IMG/VR virus record: IMGVR_UViG_3300022745_000020
Span: 1-64,000 of that record
Strand: one strand, 5' to 3'
DNA from: a virus
DNA length: 64,000 nt
Below are positions 1 to 10,600 of this stretch, in pieces. The notes beneath the pieces were generated by a model. The model was not told the DNA's origin and searched no databases. It was given only the letters and a program-made list of their open reading frames with translations. Made by a program: the position numbers and the translations under genes. Position 1 is the stretch's first letter. Every line of letters begins with the position of its first letter.

Positions 1-1
1 G

Positions 2-364
2 CCCGATCTCTCTAGTCAGTACGCGAGTCTTTCTGGATTGCCCCAGTGGCTGGCTTACAAGTTAAATCTTGGGCCTCACTATGCCATCCAGATACCTGCT
101 GTAAAGCTAGAGATGTCTACCGAAGGAGATCGCTGGAGAGCTTATGAATTGCGCATGTACGATGCGATGGATGTCTTAATCTCCTCGTCACGGATGTCCA
201 TCTGTGAAGGTGATGTGGCCACCTACCCACTGATCGTGAAAGCGCGCATGCCGGGTCTGATGATGGTCATCCAAGTCGATGTCACCTACCACACCCTACC
301 CACACCCAAGATCATCACCAATCCCATCATGAAGCACTACCTGGTAAAAATGTCGCAGACATAA
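2..364 (+). CDS. Hypothetical protein, 5'-partial
   Basis: Frame is open from the window start to TAA at 364 and is followed by a 16-bp palindrome. Confidence 0.5.
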   Translation, partial: PDLSSQYASLSGLPQWLAYKLNLGPHYAIQIPAVKLEMSTEGDRWRAYELRMYDAMDVLISSSRMSICEGDVATYPLIVKARMPGLMMVIQVDVTYHTLPTPKIITNPIMKHYLVKMSQT

Positions 365-381
365 GCATCTAAGTGAATGTA

Positions 382-420
382 CGCTGCTGTAGTGAGGAGA
401 TATCCCTCACTACAGCAGCG
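382..420. terminator. Intergenic palindrome/hairpin
   Basis: cgctgctgtagtgagg-agatatc-cctcactacagcagcg, perfect 16-bp stem, T-rich downstream. Confidence 0.7.
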
Positions 421-460
421 ATGTCATTTACTTTTTAGGTGAAACACACACACACTTATA

Positions 461-1057
461 TTGATGGAGTCACCCATGCAACCCGCATACATCGCCCTGG
501 CTATCTATGTCATCTTCTTTTTATATTTACTCTACCATCTGTACAGAGTCTGCAAGAATGTGCTCAGACTCCATAAAGAGAAGTTTTTAAATAGTACTAT
601 CCCCAGAGACTATGAAGTTATACATGCTTGCTGTGTGACATTGAGCGCTTATGCCGATTGTCAAGCGATCCTTTTAGCCCTCACTGATGTCTCCTATACC
701 ACATCGGAGCTTCAATACGGGTGTAAGTTTATGCGAGGTGCTTTGATGGAGCTGGGATGGGGTTTTGAGCGACTCAACACTCGCACAGCGCCTAATCAAG
801 CCAACCTTGAGCATTTCATGGGAGAGTGCTTGATCGGGTACGATAAGAGGAAATCCCGTCAACGGGGTGATAACCTATCCATCCTGATCGGCCAAGTCAT
901 CGAAGAATTAGCCAAGACATCTGAGTATGGTAAGCGAGAGATCTACCCCAATGAGATCGCTAACTACATCACTCAGATCAAAGCTGATATCGCTCCATAT
1001 AAAGAGGAGGAAGAAGTCCCCTCAGAAGACCCTTCACTTGCAAAGCAAAACCCTTAA
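461..1057 (+). CDS. Hypothetical membrane-anchored protein
   Basis: N-terminal hydrophobic helix (YIALAIYVIFFLYLLY). Likely ATG at 464 or 476. (CA)n leader. Confidence 0.65.
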   Translation: MMESPMQPAYIALAIYVIFFLYLLYHLYRVCKNVLRLHKEKFLNSTIPRDYEVIHACCVTLSAYADCQAILLALTDVSYTTSELQYGCKFMRGALMELGWGFERLNTRTAPNQANLEHFMGECLIGYDKRKSRQRGDNLSILIGQVIEELAKTSEYGKREIYPNEIANYITQIKADIAPYKEEEEVPSEDPSLAKQNP

Positions 1058-1090
1058 GTACTCACACACACACGAAAGGAAGAAAGTACC

Positions 1091-1300
1091 ATGTCCATGA
1101 CCACTATCCTCAAAGTAGGATTCATCAATGCCCTGTATTGGATACTGTCTATGGCCATCCCAGTGGTGATGGCTGCTATCGTCTTACTGAGCGCGTCTTG
1201 GTATACCGGTGTGGGGTTTGAGCACGGTATCCGACCTGTGGCTATGGCCCTGAGTGAGCGCCTCAAAGGGATGATCTCTCCTCTGTGGTATAAACCCTAA
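1091..1300 (+). CDS. Small membrane protein
   Basis: AAGGA SD, (CA)n leader, hydrophobic segment. Confidence 0.6.
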   Translation: MSMTTILKVGFINALYWILSMAIPVVMAAIVLLSASWYTGVGFEHGIRPVAMALSERLKGMISPLWYKP

Positions 1301-1378
1301 GGTGAAGCGCCACAGTGCCCCCTACGCAGCTCTATGGGCTGCGTAGGGTCATCTGCGCATACATCCAGGTACTGCCCC

Positions 1379-3397
1379 ATGCATCCTACTGAGAAGATCC
1401 TCAAGGAGCTCACAGCCGAGCTCAAGCGACTGTGTCACATGTATCACATCCTCGGAGTATCGCTCGTGCCCGATGATGTCTACGATGCTAAATACCTCAA
1501 GCTCCAGGAGCTCGAAGAGCGCTACCCCCAGTGGGCTCAGACAGACTCCCCCACTAAGAAAGTAGGCTCCTCGATGCAGGAGGGATCCAAGAGCATCCAG
1601 ATGTCCACACCGATGCTCAGCATCAAGACTCACACCGACTGTGAGAGCTCCAGCGCTGCGGCATTCGACGCCTACATCAAAGATCTGCTGCAAGTGACTG
1701 AGCCTGTAGAGTACTGCTGTGAGCTCAAGTACGATGGCATGAGTGTAAACTTACGCTATCGTCATGGACACTTCACCTCAGCTAACCTACGAGGTGATGG
1801 CTACATCGGGGAAGATGTCACAGCCAACATCGCCTCACTGACGAGTTTCCCAAAGACTCTGCTGTGGGAGAGTCCTGCTGAGCTCGTAGAGATCCGTGCA
1901 GAGTGTATCTTCCTCAAGCAAGATTTCGATGCACTCAACGAGCGTCAGCAGCAGCGCATCGACAAAGGTGTCAAAGGCATCAAACTCTATGCCAATGCCC
2001 GCAACGCAGTAGCTGGACTCATCCGTCGTAGTGACGATGCACTGCTGAGCTCAGCCAATCTACAGATCTTTGCTTACGCGCTAGGTGAGTGTGTGGGCTA
2101 CATACCACCTGCTAAGCAGTCTGAGTTACTCGACACGCTCGTTGCTTGGGGCTTTCGCCCCACCAATCGTCAAGTCGTCAGTGACCCCCTCATGCTCTGT
2201 AAGTGGCATGAGTTGGTCAACCAAAAACGAGACGATTTGGATTTCGAAATCGATGGCGTAGTATACAAGGTCAACGACCGATCACTGCAAGACACACTCG
2301 GCTACAACTCACGAGAGCCCAAGTGGGCGATCGCTCACAAGTTCGCTCCCGCTGAGAAGCTCACGCGTCTCAAAGAGATCGATCTGCAAGTGGGCCGCAC
2401 CGGGCGTATCACCCCAGTAGGTAAGATCGAACCCGTGGCTGTGGGTGGGGTCATCGTCTCCAGTGTGAATCTACACAACGAAGATGAGATCAGACGCACC
2501 AACCTAGCCATAGGTGACACAGTGGTGGTCAGACGAGCAGGTGACGTCATCCCCGAGATCATCGCCAGTGTCAAAGAAGATGAATCGCAGCCCAGTCAAT
2601 ACTCCATCTACGACAAGCTCAACGGAGTATGCCCCTCCTGCCAATCCCCTATCGTCAAAGTAGGGGCCGATTGGAGATGCACTGCGGGCATGGCCTGTCG
2701 GGCTCAACGTGTGGAGTCACTCATTCATTTTTGCTCCAGACGCATGATGGATATCCAAGGTATCGGCGATAAGATCGCAGAACTCCTAGTGAGTAAAGAT
2801 CTGGTTAAACGATCCAGCGATGTATTCTACCTCACTCAAGAATCCCTCATGAGTGCGGGTATCTCCCCTCTGGTGGCCTCTACCATCCTAGCATCTATCG
2901 ACAAAGCCAAGTCCACCACGTATGAGAACTTTTTGTACGCTCTAGGCATCCCCTCAGTAGGTGAGGAGACCGCTCAAGTCCTGGCTAATGCCTATCCTCA
3001 GCTCGATGCACTGATCTCCTGTAAGGAGAGTGACTTGTTGAATATCCCCGGTATAGGCCCTATCACCGCTAAGCTGGTGTGCGACTACTTCACTCAGGAT
3101 GAACACATCAAAAATATCATTCGGTGTCTAGATGCAGGAGTATCTTGGCTCAATACTTCCTTAACCGAAGGTGCACTCACCGGTAAGACATTCGTCACCA
3201 CAGGCACATTACCTACGATGACCAGAGACGTCTTCATCAAGACCGTCAAGCTCCATGGTGGTAAGGTCAGTGGTACAGTATCTAATAAGGTTGATTATCT
3301 CGTAGCAGGAGAGCATGCTGGGGATAAGCTCAATAAAGCCACAGCTCTAGGGATACCTGTACTGAGTGAAGATGAGTTTTTATCACTTTTTCACTAA
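1379..3397 (+). CDS. ligA: NAD+-dependent DNA ligase
   Basis: ELKYDG adenylation motif, RGDG..GEDVT, DGVVYKVN, QVGRTGRITP, RRAGDVIP, C4 Zn finger (CPSC..C..C), HhH repeats and a C-terminal BRCT domain. The upstream ATG at 1334 lies inside a hairpin, so 1379 is the preferred start. Confidence 0.97.
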   Translation: MHPTEKILKELTAELKRLCHMYHILGVSLVPDDVYDAKYLKLQELEERYPQWAQTDSPTKKVGSSMQEGSKSIQMSTPMLSIKTHTDCESSSAAAFDAYIKDLLQVTEPVEYCCELKYDGMSVNLRYRHGHFTSANLRGDGYIGEDVTANIASLTSFPKTLLWESPAELVEIRAECIFLKQDFDALNERQQQRIDKGVKGIKLYANARNAVAGLIRRSDDALLSSANLQIFAYALGECVGYIPPAKQSELLDTLVAWGFRPTNRQVVSDPLMLCKWHELVNQKRDDLDFEIDGVVYKVNDRSLQDTLGYNSREPKWAIAHKFAPAEKLTRLKEIDLQVGRTGRITPVGKIEPVAVGGVIVSSVNLHNEDEIRRTNLAIGDTVVVRRAGDVIPEIIASVKEDESQPSQYSIYDKLNGVCPSCQSPIVKVGADWRCTAGMACRAQRVESLIHFCSRRMMDIQGIGDKIAELLVSKDLVKRSSDVFYLTQESLMSAGISPLVASTILASIDKAKSTTYENFLYALGIPSVGEETAQVLANAYPQLDALISCKESDLLNIPGIGPITAKLVCDYFTQDEHIKNIIRCLDAGVSWLNTSLTEGALTGKTFVTTGTLPTMTRDVFIKTVKLHGGKVSGTVSNKVDYLVAGEHAGDKLNKATALGIPVLSEDEFLSLFH

Positions 3398-3403
3398 TAG
3401 TAT

Positions 3404-3697
3404 GCGAGAGTGTAAGTGGTGTGAGCGTCGAGTCGTTATTTGACTCTGACTCACGAGGTCCAGACCCGCACACCCCATCTCGTGTCGTGCATTCCCGCTC
3501 AAGGATAGGGAACTCCTAGGCGACAGACGTCCCTCGTGACGCGCTCGCCCCCATACCCTTACCCTTCTTCACTTGAGCTGTGAGTGATACACGACTTCCC
3601 ATGCACTTAGCACCTATTTTGCTGATACATGGGTATAAGCCAAAGAAGTACCTGACGCACCGAGGGTTGATCCCTTTGGTGCGTCAGGTGGCTTATG
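3404..3697 (+). ncRNA. Candidate structured non-coding RNA
   Basis: About 350-nt ORF-free gap containing four consecutive base-paired domains read by eye (see findings). Strand is inferred from context. Confidence 0.45.
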
Positions 3698-3754
3698 CTG
3701 CCTCAAGATGAAAAGTTACCGAAATCTCCACTCTTATAGAAGAGGAACTCAGTC

Positions 3755-4087
3755 ATGTCAAACGAACAAAACCAGGTGATTCAGCTCGATGGCTATCTCG
3801 TCGATCGCATCATCGAGATGTATGACCATCCCAAATTTCACACTCAAGGAGTGTGTAATCACATCGACGAGTTACTCGATGCGGATATGTACACCGATCG
3901 AGAGAGTCATCAGCTCAAAGAAGTACTCGCTCAGATCAAAGAAAAGCAGCGCAGTGAATTTCAAGACTTGACTGCCGATGAGCTGCTGCTGCGATTACTG
4001 TCGCGTCAAGACAACATCGGCTGTTACTACAGCATCCGTCTGAATGTCCTGAAAGCCATCTACCCACGTGGTAAAGGAGTCTGGTGA
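3755..4087 (+). CDS. Hypothetical protein
   Basis: GAGGA SD, phage-typical codon usage. Confidence 0.7.
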   Translation: MSNEQNQVIQLDGYLVDRIIEMYDHPKFHTQGVCNHIDELLDADMYTDRESHQLKEVLAQIKEKQRSEFQDLTADELLLRLLSRQDNIGCYYSIRLNVLKAIYPRGKGVW

Positions 4088-4088
4088 A

Positions 4089-4490
4089 ATGAATTTCTCA
4101 AACATCTTGACGTATTTCAAAGGCGCGACTTGCGCTCACATCACCAATGCTCTCGGATACGATCGAGTAGCAGTGTGCAAGGTCGAAAACAGTATTTTGG
4201 ATATTGACCTTTGCGTGTTGTCGGATCTGGCTCACGATATCGGGCTGCGTGTGGTCGTCGATACGAACGATCGCAATTCGATCATCTGTTTATGTGGGAG
4301 CCGAGAGCAGTTTCAAGCTCGACATGATTTCATGGAGCTCAGCCATGCCCTGAGGCTGCGTTATACGGACACGCAAGAGGAATTGCCATTATTCGACACC
4401 ACCGCCGAGAGTAATGAAGCGGTCCGGAAGATGAAGTTGGAATACATCAACCGCATCCAAAACTACATCCGAGAAAAGCATGTTCACTGA
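4089..4490 (+). CDS. Hypothetical protein
   Basis: AAGGAG SD, ATG directly after the upstream stop. Confidence 0.65.
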   Translation: MNFSNILTYFKGATCAHITNALGYDRVAVCKVENSILDIDLCVLSDLAHDIGLRVVVDTNDRNSIICLCGSREQFQARHDFMELSHALRLRYTDTQEELPLFDTTAESNEAVRKMKLEYINRIQNYIREKHVH

Positions 4491-4851
4491 CCGAATCCGC
4501 CGTGATATCCTCACTTTTGCTGAGACCTACATCCCTCAGTCCAGTCAAAAGACCAATGAAATTGGATACCGTAATCTCTTGCGACGCATCTTGAGCGAAG
4601 GTGTGAATAAGGATGATCGCACAGGAACAGGTACTCGCTCCTTGCATGGTCAATCCATCACGTATGATTTGCGTGACTCCATCCCCTTGTTCACCAGCAA
4701 GAAAGTCCATGCCAAGACAGCCATCAATGAGATGCTGTGTTTCTTGAATGCGCAGACTCATCTGTCGGACTACCATGCCCGTAATGTCCATGTCTGGGAT
4801 AAGTTTGCAGACGAGACGGGTTCGAGTACTGAGATTTTGATGGTTCATTAA
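4480..4851 (+). pseudogene. thyA: N-terminal fragment of thymidylate synthase
   Basis: Y..LL..IL.EG..K.DRTGTGT, PLFTSKKV, EMLCFL and VWDKFAD are present. The frame ends before the catalytic PCH/RSND motifs. Confidence 0.85.
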
Positions 4852-4865
4852 TAAGGGGATAAATA

Positions 4866-5819
4866 ATGACCACCGTTTTTCTACAAAATCAAGCGGATTC
4901 TGCATATGCCGGTCTGATAAACGAGGTTCTCTCAGAAGGGAGAATAAAAGCAGATCGTACAGGTACTGGGACAATATCCTATCACGGTTATACGGTTAGG
5001 TATAGTTGTAAGGAGGGGTTCCCGATCCTTACAACAAAGCAGGTTCTCTACAGATCGGCTATCGCTGAAATGATTTGTTTTATGCGGGGGTACACCAACG
5101 TAAAACAATTTAACCTTATGGGAACCAAAGTTTGGGATAAATTTGCTGATCCGGACACTGGGTCAATTGGGGATCTATATGGTCGTCAGTGGGTCAATTG
5201 GATCTGTAGTGGGGGGGAAGGTGGATCAATAAATCAGCTCAATGACCGATTAACAGAACTGAGAAACAACCCCTTCTCCAGGAGGTTGCTCATCAGCGCA
5301 TGGAATCCTCAATTCCTCCCTCCGGAAGACACCGATCCAACAGATAATCCAAAAAATGGATTATTCTCTTTGGCGCCCTGTCATCATGCTTTTCAGCTGA
5401 TCGCAAAGCCCGGTCAGAAAAATGACATAGGAAAGAATAATAGCCCTTATTTGAAAAGAGCCACTGATGAACATGGTCATTTCAAAGTACTGGACTTACA
5501 CCTCTCCATTAGAAGTAATGACCTATTCCTTGGGCACCCCTTCAATTGCGTAGGGTATTCCTTTTTACTGATGTGGATATCTGCGTGTTATGGATTCGTT
5601 CCCGGTGAATTGATTATTTCCATAGCGGATGCACACATCTACAAAGATCATCTTCCACAGATAGCTGAGCAGATGACAAAGTCATCTTTCACTGCACCGT
5701 TATCTCAGTTTAAAAATATCGACCCAACCCCTGAGAATTTTTTCTTGGTTGAACCAGATAACTTCGAGCTTTCGGATTATCAACATAATGCTTTTATCAA
5801 AGGTAACGTATCAAAGTAA
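4866..5819 (+). CDS. thyA: Thymidylate synthase
   Basis: DRTGTGT, FPILTTK, YGRQW, SRRLLISAWN, LAPCH (catalytic Cys), RSND, PFN, DAHIY. Confidence 0.97.
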   Translation: MTTVFLQNQADSAYAGLINEVLSEGRIKADRTGTGTISYHGYTVRYSCKEGFPILTTKQVLYRSAIAEMICFMRGYTNVKQFNLMGTKVWDKFADPDTGSIGDLYGRQWVNWICSGGEGGSINQLNDRLTELRNNPFSRRLLISAWNPQFLPPEDTDPTDNPKNGLFSLAPCHHAFQLIAKPGQKNDIGKNNSPYLKRATDEHGHFKVLDLHLSIRSNDLFLGHPFNCVGYSFLLMWISACYGFVPGELIISIADAHIYKDHLPQIAEQMTKSSFTAPLSQFKNIDPTPENFFLVEPDNFELSDYQHNAFIKGNVSK

Positions 5820-5838
5820 TGAACTTTGATCAACAGCC

Positions 5839-6933
5839 ATGAAGAAAGTCGACTTCTTAAAGAATTTATTTGATAAATTTCCTCAAAGGGAAACCCAGTA
5901 CGATTACAGTTTGATTCCAGAAGAGTTTTCTTCCTGGAAGTATAAGGTCCCTATTGTCTGTAAAGAACATGGGGTGTTTTATCAGAGGGCGGATGCTCAC
6001 CTAAAAGGGCAGATTTGTAAAGAGTGCCATTTAAAACGAACGAGGCTTACTACCGAAATGTTTGTTAACAATGCTAAAAAATGCCATGGTGAAAATAAGT
6101 ACAACTATGATAAAACTGTGTATTACGGAGACAATAAACTGGTTACAGTAACTTGCCCCGAACATGGGGATTTTACTCAATATGCAACTAACCATGTACG
6201 TGGCCATGGGTGTCCGGCCTGTGTTGGTCTGAAGCGCCATACTTTCCATGACTTTGAGAAAAGGGCCATGGAGCTGCATAAGGGAAAATATAAATATATC
6301 GATGAATTTACAGTTAGGCGACATAATAAGGTAGCGATAATCTGCCCGGATCATGGAACTTTCACTCAGGAGGTAGGTAAACACCTAACCGGGCAGGGTT
6401 GTCCGAAATGCTCTGCTTCTAAAATAGAGCGGAAAATCTATAGCCTATTGGATAGTTTTGAGGTAAGTTATGAGCCAGAGTTTGAAATCCCTTTGCACCC
6501 ATACAGGTATGATATTTTAATATCTGGATGCAATATACTTATTGAACTACATGGCCCTCAACATTACAGACCGGTCAGTTTGTTTAACGGGGAAGAGGGG
6601 TTTAGAAAAAGAATTCGCCTAGATTCAGAGAAGAGAAAATTGGCGACCGAGTCCGATTTTCACTTGATAGAGATTGATCTTCGCCCCTTTGAAAAAGGTA
6701 GGTATGAGGATGAGGATCTATATTCCTATTTTATAGCTGAAATCAAAAAGCACTTCCCTTACTGGTACAAAATAAACGGTAAAGTGAGGGCATATAGAAA
6801 TCTGCAAGAGACATATGATAATCTCAGAATTTTCAAGTGTAACATCCTAAAGTGTCGTGACGAAAAAGACATTCAAAAGGTTTTGGATGATGAGATTGCA
6901 TATATGTTTCCTGAGTCTAGTCGTGTGTTCTAA
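5839..6933 (+). CDS. Free-standing putative homing endonuclease (Zn-ribbon repeats plus Vsr/DUF559-like PD-(D/E)xK domain)
   Basis: Three CxxHG.F.Q....H..G..CxxC repeats, C-terminal YDILI...IELHGPQHY...D..KR. AT-richer than the backbone. Confidence 0.8.
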   Translation: MKKVDFLKNLFDKFPQRETQYDYSLIPEEFSSWKYKVPIVCKEHGVFYQRADAHLKGQICKECHLKRTRLTTEMFVNNAKKCHGENKYNYDKTVYYGDNKLVTVTCPEHGDFTQYATNHVRGHGCPACVGLKRHTFHDFEKRAMELHKGKYKYIDEFTVRRHNKVAIICPDHGTFTQEVGKHLTGQGCPKCSASKIERKIYSLLDSFEVSYEPEFEIPLHPYRYDILISGCNILIELHGPQHYRPVSLFNGEEGFRKRIRLDSEKRKLATESDFHLIEIDLRPFEKGRYEDEDLYSYFIAEIKKHFPYWYKINGKVRAYRNLQETYDNLRIFKCNILKCRDEKDIQKVLDDEIAYMFPESSRVF

Positions 6934-7203
6934 TCGCCTATTAGTGGCTCTATGACCTCAGAAATTCAAATTCTACCAGTAGGTTAATCGTGTGCACCAA
7001 GCTCGACTCTAAGTCAGGTGTAGTCCTAGTCATGCTCATCAGTGCAGCGTGTTTTATAGGACTGATCTACCTACACACATAGGTCCATACAGCCCTCTAT
7101 AGGCCCTCTAAGCGCTCTAGACGCCATAGGGGCCTATAGGGGTATTATGCCCTATCTTCACGAACCCTCATTCAACAGACACACTCAACCAACATGGAAC
7201 ATT

Positions 7204-7545
7204 ATGTCTAACGAAATCTTCGTCTTTGGCTCCAATCTCGCAGGTCGACATGGGGCAGGTGCTGCTCTATACGCCAAAGAGCACTACAAGGCCAAGACAG
7301 GCGTGGGAGTAGGGCGCACTGGTAATGCCTACGCCATCCCCACCAAAGACGAGAAACTCCAAACGCTCACTCTGGAGCGCATCAACGAGTACGTCCAGGC
7401 TTTCCTGAAGTACGCTCGAGAAAACCCCCACCTGACGTTCAACGTCACTGCAGTGGGATGCGGTCGCGCCGGCTATGGCGACTCCCATATCTCACCGATG
7501 TTCAAGGGCGCCCCCAGTAACTGTAAACTGCCAGCAAACTGGTAA
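7204..7545 (+). CDS. Macrodomain-like phage protein (IFVFGSN...HGAGAA family)
   Basis: IFVFGSNLAGRHGAGAA, YAIPTK, F.VT.VGCG.AGY motifs. Confidence 0.75.
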   Translation: MSNEIFVFGSNLAGRHGAGAALYAKEHYKAKTGVGVGRTGNAYAIPTKDEKLQTLTLERINEYVQAFLKYARENPHLTFNVTAVGCGRAGYGDSHISPMFKGAPSNCKLPANW

Positions 7546-7633
7546 ATAGAGATAAAGCTATCACACGTGGCAATCCCAATCGTCAGTAAGTGAAGTCGTC
7601 ACATAGTCACCAACAAACGCAGGAAACATTACA

Positions 7634-10600
7634 ATGAGTACCGAACAAACCATCACACTGCAACAACTGCTCGATCAAACCGCACAGATCTCTCAAGATG
7701 TCCTCATCGAGAAGTACTGCAAGGATGGTGAGACCACTGCCGATGAAGTCTATGCTCGAGTCGCCAAAGGACTGGCTCAAGCTGAGAAGCCGCAAGATCG
7801 CGACAAGTGGGAGAAAATCTTCTACCATCACTTGCAGAACTACGGAGTCGGTGCTGGTCGGATCATGTCCGCATGCGGCACTGACGTACAGGCTGCCCTA
7901 CTGAACTGTTTTTGTCAGGGTGTGGGTGATACGTTTGACCCCGTCGATGAAGATGGTCACCCCGGTATAATTCAAGCAGTCGCTCAAGCAGTCAAGACTA
8001 TGTCCAAGGGTGGTGGGGTCGGATATAACTTCACTAACATTCGCCCACGCAAATCGTTGGTCAAGGGAACCCTTTCCACCACATCCGGCGTTTGTAGCTT
8101 TATCGATATCTTCGATATCGCTGGAAAGACAGTAGAAAGTGCCGGAAACCGTCGGGGTGCGCAATTAGGTGCTCTGGATATTGACCACCCTGACATCTAT
8201 GAGTTTGTCCAAGCCAAGCGCGAGCCGGGTCGTTGGTCTGGGTTCAATGTGTCGGTGGCTTGTTCCGATGCCTTCATGCAAGCTGTGCAAGACGATGGTA
8301 TTTGGGAGCTTAAGCATAAGGCTCAACCTCACCCGAAATATCAAAAAGAATGCTATCAACGCGAAGATGGGCTATGGGTCTATCAGGTCGTAAAAGCAAG
8401 GGATCTGTTTGATACTATCACCAAATCCACATATGACTATGCCGAACCCGGCATTCTTTTCTTGGATAAAATCAATCGAGAAAATACAGTCTACTACTGT
8501 GAAGAAATCAAGACCACCAATCCATGCGTGACGGGAGATACTCGCCTACACACGCAATACGGGATGGTGCAGATCAAGAATCTTTACGATATTAAATGTG
8601 ATCTGATAGTCACTGTAGATAACCGCACTCTGGACTCTGAGGAGTTTGGGGTGACTACTCGTCCCGCCGTTCCAGCGTTCATGACGTCATCGAGAGCCGC
8701 AGTCTATAAAGTCACTTCCAAAGACGGGTACTTCGTGAAGGGTACCAATTGGCATGACTTCTATACTCAGCGCGGTAAGATTAAGCTCAAAGACCTGACC
8801 ATCTCCGATAGCTTCCTGGTCCAATCTGAGATGGGTCAATTTAATTCATTGCAAAATGAATCCCTGGTAACCGAGCTGATGAATCAGTACGGTGATCTGT
8901 CAGCCGGCGTGCCCGACGAAGCATTCTCCCTGTGCCAGGAAGATACCAAGACGTACATTCAGCACGTTTTTTCCATTAATGGGGACTTCAGATTTGATTT
9001 CCTGAATACGGGAGTTGTTCTGGTTTTCAAATGCACTGAAAAAGAGCATCTGCAATCCATTCAAATGCTGCTGGCAAACTTTGGAATCTTCAGCAGCATT
9101 GAGAAAACAAGTAGTGGGTATGAGCTTGAAATGCGGGGTTCTCAAGTAGGGCTCTACCTGGATCGAGTCGGGATGAATAATCCGGAAAATGAGGCGTATG
9201 CTCGTCGACGCTACGAAGAGGTAAACGATCCTCAGAAGTTCGACTACACGACTGAGATTGAATCTATTGAATTTATTGGGTATGAGGCCGTTTATGACAC
9301 CACCCAAGCTGATCACAATAGCGTGATCTTTAACGGAGTGGTTACGGGTCAATGCGGCGAGTTGCCCCTCCCCCCATACGGCTGTTGCGACCTCGGTCCA
9401 CTGATTCTCCCCCGTTTCGTGAAAGATCCTTTCACTGAAAACGCTACTTTCGATATGGATCGGTTTGTGCAGGCTGTCAAGACACAGGTTCGCATTCTGG
9501 ACAATGTACTTGATATCACGCTGTGGGCTTTGGATGAACAGCGTATCGAAGCTGCAAATAAGCGTCGCATCGGTGTAGGCTATACTGGCATTGGCGATGC
9601 AATGATTATGCTAGGTATCCGATATGACTCTGCCGGAGCTGTTTTGTTGGCTGGGAGTATTGCTAAACAGATGAATGAAGCCGCATTTGAAGCTTCGATT
9701 GATTTGGCTGTCGAGCGGGGGTCTTTCCCTCTGTTCGACGTAGATAAGTTTATGGCGGGGCCGTTCATTCAGCGTCTTCCTAAACATCTCCAAGACGCAA
9801 TTCGCGAGAAAGGCATTCGCCATTCGCATTTATTGTCAATTGCACCTACTGGAACAGTGTCTCTGGCATTCGCTGATAACGCCAGTAACGGAATCGAGCC
9901 TGCATTTAGCTGGGTGTATTCTCGTCGCAAGATAGGTCCCGATGGACAATTCCAGACCTATCAGGTCATGGACTATGCTTTCAAGACTTACATCAAGGAA
10001 GTATTATCCAAGCAAGAATCTGAAGAGTATTGCATTGGCTTTATTCAAGCCGTTTCTGAAGGTAAGAGTGAATATCTTGGTAAGAAGATCAAAGAGATTC
10101 TCCCAGATGCATTTGTAACAGCCTTAGAGATTGATGTAGATGCTCACCTGGCTATCTTGTTTGCCACTCAGCCGCATGTGTCCTCGGCCTTGAGCAAGTG
10201 TGTGGCCGAAGGTACTCGCATCATGACTAATCAAGGTCTTCTGAAAGTAGAAGAGCTTGGGGAGGCTGAAGATCCCGATACATTTGCAGAACCCATCGCT
10301 GATCTGAAGGTCATCTGTCCCGATGGTCAGTGGCGAAAGGTCACTAAGCACTATTACGGTGGAGTGCGACCCACCATTAAAATCCGCTTGGATAATGGGC
10401 AGGAAATTGAAGGTAGTGAAGTTCATAAACTCATGACCCCATATGGGTGGACTCCGATGAGTGAGCTCAATTACCATGACTATGTTTGCATTCGTCGCGA
10501 TGTGAGTATGGACTATCCAGGTGGAAAAGAGCTACCTGGTATCGACTTTGCAAGTCATGCAAAGGACTTCACCATCCCGGAGAAGATGTCTGCGGAACTA

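Noticed and set aside
4866-5819. Possible base-modifying enzyme (dCMP hydroxymethylase) suggested by two thyA-like ORFs
   Set aside because: The full copy retains the dUMP-specifying Asn (GHPFN) and canonical ThyA motifs, and DHFR is nearby. The other copy lacks catalytic residues.
4825-6990. Group I intron splitting thyA
   Set aside because: The downstream ORF is a complete ThyA with its own N-terminus. I saw no intron core elements and no separate 3' exon.
6952-7082. Tiny ORFs after the endonuclease (11 aa and a 30-aa hydrophobic peptide)
   Set aside because: Too short and without clear RBS. Not similar to a ThyA C-terminus.
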